This document shows, one piece after another, positions 57,162-64,000 of a DNA stretch of 64,000 bases (its first letter is position 1; the number at the start of each line of letters is the position of its first letter). Below the pieces are notes generated by a model, which was given only the letters and a program-made list of their open reading frames with translations, ran no database searches and was not told where the DNA came from. The position numbers and the translations under genes were made by a program. The DNA is from Planctomycetota bacterium (GTDB taxonomy: Bacteria > Planctomycetota > B15-G4 > JADJEK01), in NCBI GenBank assembly GCA_044225365.1, contig JBGAIQ010000008.1, forward strand, positions 1 to 64,000. Direction: 5' to 3'.

Positions 57162-59345
57162 CTACAGCTCGTGGCCGCCGTGAGGGAACGGATCCTGATC
57201 CGGATCGTGATCGTCTTCGATCCGCGGCGGCTGCTCGAGGTGCGGCTTGCCGTGGCCGTTGATCGTGATCGCGGCACCATCGAGGAAGACGCCGTCGCGC
57301 CCCAAGTCGTTGGAGATCGCCGCGAGGTCGGCCTCGGCTTCGAGCATGATCGCCGTCGGCGACAAGCGCTCGCACGCGATGCCGTGTTGCGCGAGGCTGC
57401 GCAGCACTCGATCCATGATCTCGCGGTTGCGGCCGCGGAGGATCGTGACCTTCCGGGCGGTGACGAAGCGGACGCGACCCGCCCACTCCTTGATCGAGTA
57501 GACGACGTTCTGCGGGATCGCGCCGCGGGCGCTCTCCGACAGTACGCGAAGGATCTCCGCGACGTCGACGCCCTCGGCGACGGCCTTCTCGATCGAGGGC
57601 TCGGTCACCTTGTAACGGTAGACCGAATCGCTCGACACTCGCTCGGCGAAGCGATCGAGTCGCGTGATGAGGTCGTAGGTATCGCCCTTGTCGAGGAAGA
57701 GCAGGATCTCGAAGTCGGGATTGACGATGAGCGGTCGCTCGTTGCCGACGACGTCGTCGGCGGACACCGTCTGCCCGAGCGCACGCGCTCCGAGCGGAGT
57801 GAGCCGCAGGGTAGAGACCGTGTCACCGCAGAATCCGAGATCGACGAGTCCGAGGAGGTAGAGCCGCTCGCGCTGCCACTGCGACAATGAATGCGCGAGA
57901 CCTGCCGCATCGCGCATCACCGCCGTCGGCGCGTATTGGTAGCGATTTTGGAAGGCATCGCGGACGTGATCCTCCTCGAGCGACGCCAGATAGCTGTTGC
58001 GCGCCCGATACGGGATCTCGTTGACGTCGTGCATCTCGCCGACCGTGAGTTCGGCGAGCAGCTTCAAGGCGCGTTCTCGAAGGCGCGGCGCGTGGAAGTT
58101 CTCGCCGTCCTTCAACGGATCCTTGAACGCGAAGTCGAGCAGGACACGCAGCTTCTTCTCGAGGGCCTCGTTCTCCCACATGCGGCCCTTGACGGTGATG
58201 TGGAGCGATCGATCGTCGCGCCGTTGCACCAGGCGCTGCGAGATGCAGAAGTCGTAGATGTACTGGAAGGGGTCGAACCCGTTGAACTCGGCCTTGCGCG
58301 AGAGGATGAATTCGTCGGCGACCTTCTTCGTCACCGTGCGATAGATCTGCCCGTTCAAGGTGAGGCGGATGCGGCTGTGCGCGACGTACGACAGGAAGTT
58401 CGAGATGTCGGAGATCAGGTCGACGCCGCAGGTCTTGATGTCGGAGAGACCCTCGCCGACACACGTCAATCGCTGACGCGCGACGCGAGCGACTTCGTCG
58501 AAGATCACGAGCGTGTCGTCGAAGTGATTGATGCCGTACTCACCGAGCGCGAGGTGGCGCAGCGTCCCTAGGAACGAACCCTCGAACGTCTTCTTGAAGC
58601 GCCGCCGATCCCAGCGCGGAGCCTTGCCGCGGATGCGATCGAAGTTGGTCTTCGAGACGAATCCCCCGGCTTCGGCCACCGCGACCCGCAGCGCTTCCTT
58701 CATCTCGGGATCGAGCGCATCGATGCGCTGCGCGACGGCGGACTCGCACGACAACGCCTCGATCAATGCGTCGAGGTCGGTGGTCGTCTTGCCGTTGACC
58801 CCGGTGGGAAGCGCCGCGCGAGCGGTCGCATGCTCGGACTCGGGCATCCGCCGCAGATAGGTCCCGAGATGGAACAGATCGCGGAGCGGGCATTCCTCGT
58901 CCCAGAGGAAGGTCTGGAGGACCTCGCCGATCTCGTGCGGGATGGCAAAGGCGATCTCGCCGTTGCCGTCGGGTCCGCGCTCGCCGAGTTGGAAGACGAA
59001 GCCGCGCTTCTGCAGCGCGTTGAGAGCGGCCTCGACCTCGTACTGGCTCATGTAGTCGAAGAGCCGCGAGGAGAGCACCTGATCGCGATTCGCCGTGTAG
59101 GCCCGGTCGCGCAGCAGGAACTTCAGGAGGTCGACGAGCTTCTTGCTGAGGAACTTCAGGCGCTTGCGGACCGAGTCTTCCTCGGTCATACGCTGGACGA
59201 GGGCGAGCACGAGCTCGTCGGAGGTCCGCGGCGCCGGGACCTGTCCGTCCCAGAACGAGTAGAACTCCGCGAGGTCCGACCGTGGACGTTCACGCAGCAG
59301 GCGTTCCAGCGACGGAGCGCGTTTTCCTCGCAGGTCGGTGCTCAT
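57162..59345 (-). CDS. XPB-associated protein with helicase-associated (Helicase_C_3) domain
   Basis: IRLTLNGQIY, LIVNPDFEILL, YRYKVTEPSIEKA..G...EIL.L......PQNV.Y.I.EW. Confidence 0.85.
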   Translation of the reverse strand: MSTDLRGKRAPSLERLLRERPRSDLAEFYSFWDGQVPAPRTSDELVLALVQRMTEEDSVRKRLKFLSKKLVDLLKFLLRDRAYTANRDQVLSSRLFDYMSQYEVEAALNALQKRGFVFQLGERGPDGNGEIAFAIPHEIGEVLQTFLWDEECPLRDLFHLGTYLRRMPESEHATARAALPTGVNGKTTTDLDALIEALSCESAVAQRIDALDPEMKEALRVAVAEAGGFVSKTNFDRIRGKAPRWDRRRFKKTFEGSFLGTLRHLALGEYGINHFDDTLVIFDEVARVARQRLTCVGEGLSDIKTCGVDLISDISNFLSYVAHSRIRLTLNGQIYRTVTKKVADEFILSRKAEFNGFDPFQYIYDFCISQRLVQRRDDRSLHITVKGRMWENEALEKKLRVLLDFAFKDPLKDGENFHAPRLRERALKLLAELTVGEMHDVNEIPYRARNSYLASLEEDHVRDAFQNRYQYAPTAVMRDAAGLAHSLSQWQRERLYLLGLVDLGFCGDTVSTLRLTPLGARALGQTVSADDVVGNERPLIVNPDFEILLFLDKGDTYDLITRLDRFAERVSSDSVYRYKVTEPSIEKAVAEGVDVAEILRVLSESARGAIPQNVVYSIKEWAGRVRFVTARKVTILRGRNREIMDRVLRSLAQHGIACERLSPTAIMLEAEADLAAISNDLGRDGVFLDGAAITINGHGKPHLEQPPRIEDDHDPDQDPFPHGGHEL

Positions 59346-61051
59346 CCGGTCGCTTCAGCCCTCGTGCTCTCGTCGACGTCTCGGATCTCGTACGAATACC
59401 CCTGCTCCGTCAGGAACAGTTGGCGATGCGTTGCGAACTCCGACTCCTTCGAATCTCTCGTGACTACGCTGTAGAACCACGCCGGCTGCCCATGGGACTT
59501 CGGTCGCAGGATGCGCCCGAGTCGTTGGGCCTCCTCTTGGCGCGAGCCAAAAGTGCCGGAGATCTGTATCGCCACCGATGCATCCGGTAGGTCGATTGCA
59601 AAGTTGCCCACTTTACTGATCAGGAGCACAGGAATCAGCCCCTCTCGAAAACTTCGATAGAGGCGCTCCCGTTCCTTGTTGGGAGTCTTCCCCGTGATCA
59701 GGGGCGCGTCCAAGTGTTTCGAGAACTCTTCGAGCTGGTCGAGGTACTGCCCGATGATCAGGGTTGGCTCGCCCTTGTGGCGCTCGAGGACCTCGTGGAT
59801 CACCGGCTCCTTCGATGGATTCTCCGAGGCCAGTCGGAATTGGCTGCGCGCCGAGCTGCTCTGGTAGTTCGCCTTCATGTCGTCCGGAATCGGAACTCGC
59901 AATTCGATGCAGCAGGCCTGCGCGATCCACCCCTGCCGCTCGAGGACCTTCCAAGGAACATCGAACTTCTTCGGACCGATGAGCGAGAAGACTTCATCCT
60001 CCTTGTGGTCCTCGCGGACCAGGGTCGCGGTGAGACCGAGGCGCCGAGTCGCCTGGATCTCTGCGGTCACACGGAACACGGGAGCGGGCAGCAGGTGCAC
60101 CTCGTCGTAGATGACGAGGCCCCATTTGTTCGCCGAGAACAGGTCGAAGTGGACGAACGGATCCGTCTTCTTCCGGCGATAGGTGAGGATCTGGTAGGTG
60201 GCGATCGTGATCGGCTTCACCTCCTTCGTCTCGCCCGTGTATTCGCCGATGTCGTCCTCCGAGATCTCGGACTTGTCGAGGATCTCGTTCCGCCACTGCC
60301 GCACCGCGACGACATTCGTCGTGAGCACGAGCGTTCGCGCCTGAACCAATTCCATCGCCGTGAGGCCGACGATCGTCTTCCCCGCGCCGCACGGCAGGAC
60401 CACGACTCCCGAACCGCCCCGCTCGGACCCGCCCGCGTAGAACGCCGCCGCGGCGTCGCGCTGATAGGGACGCGGACGAAACGGCGAGCCCGAACGCGTG
60501 ACTTCGCGCAGCACGATCCGATGCTCGGCGCCGGTCGCGTAGCCCGCGAGATCCTCGACGGGATAACCGATGCGAATGAGGGCCTGCTTGATCTCGCCAC
60601 GGAATTCCGGCGCGACACGGAAGCGATCGCCCTCGAGCGCCTCGCCCAGGAACTTCTTCACCGTGGGATTCTTCACGAGCAATCGGACGAGCGCGGGATC
60701 GACGCCGGTGAGCACGATCCCGCTCTCCGTCCGCTCGAGACGCAGCAGGCCGTAGCGCCGCAGGTTGTCCCGGATGTCCTTCTCGACGTTCGCCGGAACC
60801 GGATATCGAGAGTGACTCTTCAGGAATCCGAGGATGTCGGGTGCGCCGAGTCCCGCGGCCGCCGCGTTCCAGATCGAGAGCGGCGTGATGCGATAGGTGT
60901 GGAAGAACTCCGGTGATTTCTCGAGCTCCGCGAAGCGAGCGAGGAAATCGCGCGCTTCGGCAAAACCCGGCGTGTTCACCTCGAGCAGAACGGTCCGATC
61001 GCCTTGCACCGTGAGCGGACGCGGCGAAGTGTCCTGATTCACCACGTTCAT
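59342..61051 (-). CDS. Bacterial XPB/Rad25 DNA repair helicase
   Basis: PLTVQGDRTVLLEV, ELEKSPE..HTYRITPLSIWNA, LPCGAGKT, DEVH, LTATLVRED, SKVGNFAIDLP, QRLGRILRPK. Confidence 0.95.
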   Translation of the reverse strand: MNVVNQDTSPRPLTVQGDRTVLLEVNTPGFAEARDFLARFAELEKSPEFFHTYRITPLSIWNAAAAGLGAPDILGFLKSHSRYPVPANVEKDIRDNLRRYGLLRLERTESGIVLTGVDPALVRLLVKNPTVKKFLGEALEGDRFRVAPEFRGEIKQALIRIGYPVEDLAGYATGAEHRIVLREVTRSGSPFRPRPYQRDAAAAFYAGGSERGGSGVVVLPCGAGKTIVGLTAMELVQARTLVLTTNVVAVRQWRNEILDKSEISEDDIGEYTGETKEVKPITIATYQILTYRRKKTDPFVHFDLFSANKWGLVIYDEVHLLPAPVFRVTAEIQATRRLGLTATLVREDHKEDEVFSLIGPKKFDVPWKVLERQGWIAQACCIELRVPIPDDMKANYQSSSARSQFRLASENPSKEPVIHEVLERHKGEPTLIIGQYLDQLEEFSKHLDAPLITGKTPNKERERLYRSFREGLIPVLLISKVGNFAIDLPDASVAIQISGTFGSRQEEAQRLGRILRPKSHGQPAWFYSVVTRDSKESEFATHRQLFLTEQGYSYEIRDVDESTRAEATG

Positions 61052-63999
61052 CCGGCCGCCTCCTGGCTCTTTGCTGCGCGCTTCCTTCCGCTCGAGAACG
61101 CCGCGGCGAGTCGCTCGCCGGTCGCCGACTTCTCGATCCGCGAGACTTCTTCGGGTGTCCCGACGGCGACGACGCGCCCGCCGCGCGGACCGCCCTCGGG
61201 CCCGAGGTCGATCACGTAGTCCGCATCGCGGATGAGCTCGAGATTGTGCTCGATGACGAGCAGCGTGTGGCCGAGCGCGAGCAACTTGTCGAAGACCGCG
61301 ATCAGCTTGGCGACGTCATCGATGTGCAATCCGGTCGTCGGCTCGTCGAGCAGGAACAACGTCGGATCGCGATGCCGCTGACCCAGGACCGATGCGAGCT
61401 TCACGCGCTGCGCTTCGCCGCCCGACAGCGTGTGCAGGGGCTGACCGAGGCGCAGATATCCGAGTCCGACGCCGGAGAGCAATCGCAACACGGATTCGAC
61501 CGCCGGCACACCCGCGAAGTGCGAGAGCGCGGCATCGATCTCCAGCTCGAGCACGTCGGCGACGGAGAGTCCGTTCCAACGCACTTCGAGCGTCGCTCGA
61601 TCGAAGCGTCGGCCCCCGCACGCCTCGCAACGCACGAAGACGTCCGAGAGGAAGTGCATCTCGATCTGCACTTCTCCACGCCCTTCGCAGGCCTCGCATC
61701 GCCCGCCGCGCACGTTCGTCGAGAATCGGGCAGGCGAGAATCCGCGGGCCCTGGCTTCGGGTGTCGCTGCGAACAACTGGCGAATCGAATCGAAGATACC
61801 CGTGTACGTGGCGGGGCTCGCGCCGGGCGACACCGCGAGCGGCGTCTGATCGACGAGTTCGACGGCCTCGATCGTCTTCGGGATCTCCACGCTCGCGCCG
61901 CCGAGTTCGATTTGTCCGCGCAACGCCGGCTCGTCGTCGAGATTCGCCCGCAGCAACGGCTCGATCACGTCGAGGACGAGCGTCGACTTGCCGGAACCGG
62001 AGACGCCGGTGACGCACGTCAATGCACGCGTCGGGATCGACACCTCGACATCCTTCAGGTTGTTCTTCTTCGCACCGCGGACGACGATCCGATCGCGATC
62101 GCTCACCGGCCTTCGCGTCGCGCGAGCGACCTTCTTGTCGCCTCGGAGGTACGCGCCGGTCAACGATGCCGGATCCGCCGCGACGGCGGCGGCATCGCCG
62201 AACGCGACGATCCGACCGCCATGATGTCCCGCCCCCGGGCCGATCTCGATCGTGTGATCCGCCGCCCGGATCACGTCGAGATCGTGCTCGACGACGAGGA
62301 TCGTATTGCCGAGATCGCGCAGTTCGAACAACGTCTTCAAGAGGCGCGCAGTATCGCGCGAATGCAGACCGATCGTCGGTTCGTCGAGCACGTAGAGCAC
62401 GCCGACGAGCCGATTGCCGAGCTGCGTCGCGAGTCGCAGGCGCTGACTCTCGCCGCCCGAGAGCGTTCCGGCCGCGCGTCCGAGATGGAGATAATCGAGC
62501 CCGATCTCCTGCATCACCTTCACGCGATGGCGAATCTCGATCAGCAAGTCCTTGGCGATCGCGGCGGACTCGCCCGCGAGTTCGACCTTCGCGAAGAACT
62601 CGACGGCCTCTGCGATCGAGAGCTTCATGATCTCGGGAAGCGAGCGTCCCATCAGCGTGAATCCGCGAGCGAGCGGATTGAGCCGATCCCCACGACACGC
62701 GGAGCACAGACCGGGCGCGACGATGTCGGCGAGCAGCGACTTCCACATCCCGTCTTCACTGCCCGAGCGGTACTTCTGCTCGAAGAAGCGCAACAGGCCG
62801 CCCCATTCGGCGGTGAAGTCGTATTCCTTGCGGCCGCTGCGCCGGCGCTTCACGTAGTGGACCTGGAGCGGCTCCTTCTCCCCGTAGAAGAGCGCCTGAT
62901 GCATCGCCGCGGGCAGCTTGCGCAATGGCGTCGTCATCGTCACGCCATGGCGCTTGTAGAGCGCGGCGATGATCGGGCGCACCGAGAAGAAGTCGTCCGC
63001 GAGCACGTTTCCGAGCTGCCCATGCAGCGCGCCGTCGAACAGCGAGAATTGAGGGCGCGTCACGAGGAGATCGAGATTGCAGCGTTCGGATTCGCCGAGT
63101 CCGTCGCACTCCGGGCACGAGCCCACGCGCGAGTTGAACGAGAAGAGCCTCGGATGCGGTTCCTCGCGTAGCTCGATCCCGTGCGCCCGACAGAGCGCGA
63201 TGCGAGAGTAGATCGCGCGCTCCCCGTCCTCGGGAACGACGATCGCGATGCCGTCTCCGATCGAATACGCCTGCTCGACCGACTCCGCGATGCGGCCCGC
63301 GGTTCCCTTGCGCACGGCGATGCGATCGATCACGAGGTCGAGCGTGCGGCACTTCCCGAGCACTTCGGGGTCCACGGCTTCGCCGCCGTCCTCGCCGCGT
63401 TGCTCGAGGCGATATTCGACTCCGTCGACGAGGAAGCGGGAGAACCCCCGCTTCACCCACTCCTGCTGTGCCGCCGCATCGAAGCGCACAGGGTCGGCGA
63501 CGAGGTGACTGCGTTGCCCGCTCGCCGCACTGCCATCGCTGCGCTCGAAGAGCGGCGCGGCGAGCCGGATCCGCTTCCCGTCGAACGCGGACGCGATCGC
63601 GCGACCGGCTTCCGACGGAGCATGGCGGACGAGTTCGATGCCGCACGTCGGACAGTGAGGGATCGCGACGCGGGCGAAGAGCACGCGAAGGTAGTCGTAG
63701 AGTTCGGTCGACGTGGCGACCGTCGATCGCGGATTCTTGGCCGCGACCTTGCGATCGATCGCGATCGCGGGCGCGAGGCCTTCGATCCGGTCGACGGGCG
63801 CTCGGTCCTGGCGGGCGAGGAAGCGGCGCGCATAGGTCGACATCGATTCGACGAAGCGACGCTGGGCCTCGGCGAAGATCGTGTCGAAGGCGAGCGACGT
63901 CTTGCCCGAACCGGACGGTCCCGTGACGACGGTCAACTTGCCGAAGGGCACCTCGACGTCGACGCCCTGCAGGTTGTTCTTCCGCGCTCCGAAGAGTCG
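61048..63999 (-). CDS. uvrA: Excinuclease ABC subunit A (5' end outside the window)
   Basis: [22 protein letters not shown], Cys zinc fingers, [17 protein letters not shown]; second ABC module [26 protein letters not shown]. Confidence 0.95.
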   Translation of the reverse strand, partial: RLFGARKNNLQGVDVEVPFGKLTVVTGPSGSGKTSLAFDTIFAEAQRRFVESMSTYARRFLARQDRAPVDRIEGLAPAIAIDRKVAAKNPRSTVATSTELYDYLRVLFARVAIPHCPTCGIELVRHAPSEAGRAIASAFDGKRIRLAAPLFERSDGSAASGQRSHLVADPVRFDAAAQQEWVKRGFSRFLVDGVEYRLEQRGEDGGEAVDPEVLGKCRTLDLVIDRIAVRKGTAGRIAESVEQAYSIGDGIAIVVPEDGERAIYSRIALCRAHGIELREEPHPRLFSFNSRVGSCPECDGLGESERCNLDLLVTRPQFSLFDGALHGQLGNVLADDFFSVRPIIAALYKRHGVTMTTPLRKLPAAMHQALFYGEKEPLQVHYVKRRRSGRKEYDFTAEWGGLLRFFEQKYRSGSEDGMWKSLLADIVAPGLCSACRGDRLNPLARGFTLMGRSLPEIMKLSIAEAVEFFAKVELAGESAAIAKDLLIEIRHRVKVMQEIGLDYLHLGRAAGTLSGGESQRLRLATQLGNRLVGVLYVLDEPTIGLHSRDTARLLKTLFELRDLGNTILVVEHDLDVIRAADHTIEIGPGAGHHGGRIVAFGDAAAVAADPASLTGAYLRGDKKVARATRRPVSDRDRIVVRGAKKNNLKDVEVSIPTRALTCVTGVSGSGKSTLVLDVIEPLLRANLDDEPALRGQIELGGASVEIPKTIEAVELVDQTPLAVSPGASPATYTGIFDSIRQLFAATPEARARGFSPARFSTNVRGGRCEACEGRGEVQIEMHFLSDVFVRCEACGGRRFDRATLEVRWNGLSVADVLELEIDAALSHFAGVPAVESVLRLLSGVGLGYLRLGQPLHTLSGGEAQRVKLASVLGQRHRDPTLFLLDEPTTGLHIDDVAKLIAVFDKLLALGHTLLVIEHNLELIRDADYVIDLGPEGGPRGGRVVAVGTPEEVSRIEKSATGERLAAAFSSGRKRAAKSQEAAG

Positions 64000-64000
64000 C

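Noticed and set aside
59614-59633. SOS-box-like TACTG-N10-CAG inside XPB
   Set aside because: Poor match, GC-rich spacer, intragenic, and that LexA motif is not expected in this lineage

Overview
High-GC (~68%) bacterial chromosome segment whose gene content (HTH_17-REC regulator, ECF sigma/anti-sigma pair, HEAT-repeat, FG-GAP and DUF5989-type proteins) suggests a Planctomycetota-like organism (inference). Most of it is housekeeping or envelope genes: tgt, larC, a phosphomannomutase, ltaE, mobB, gmd/rmd, uppP, nadD, tsaE, thiL, thiE, XPB helicase and uvrA. The best-supported discovery is a 6145-bp capsid-less element integrated in tRNA-Val(GAC) and bounded by 55-bp direct repeats (20690-20744 and 26835-26889). 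It encodes a tyrosine integrase, an Xre HTH, a phage-type replication initiator, an excisionase-like protein, a second HTH and two paralogous secreted cargo proteins. The att core lies inside the integrase reading frame, so integration and excision swap the integrase C-terminus (7 aa versus 77 aa). Matching arm-type repeats, operator palindromes and a candidate origin are also visible. To its right is a block of secreted proteins, two of which appear to share a C-terminal domain. The window ends with a translationally coupled uvrA-XPB-XPB-partner cluster and a degenerate single-AAA Clp protein. Start codons were refined by eye. All family assignments come from motif recognition, not database searches.
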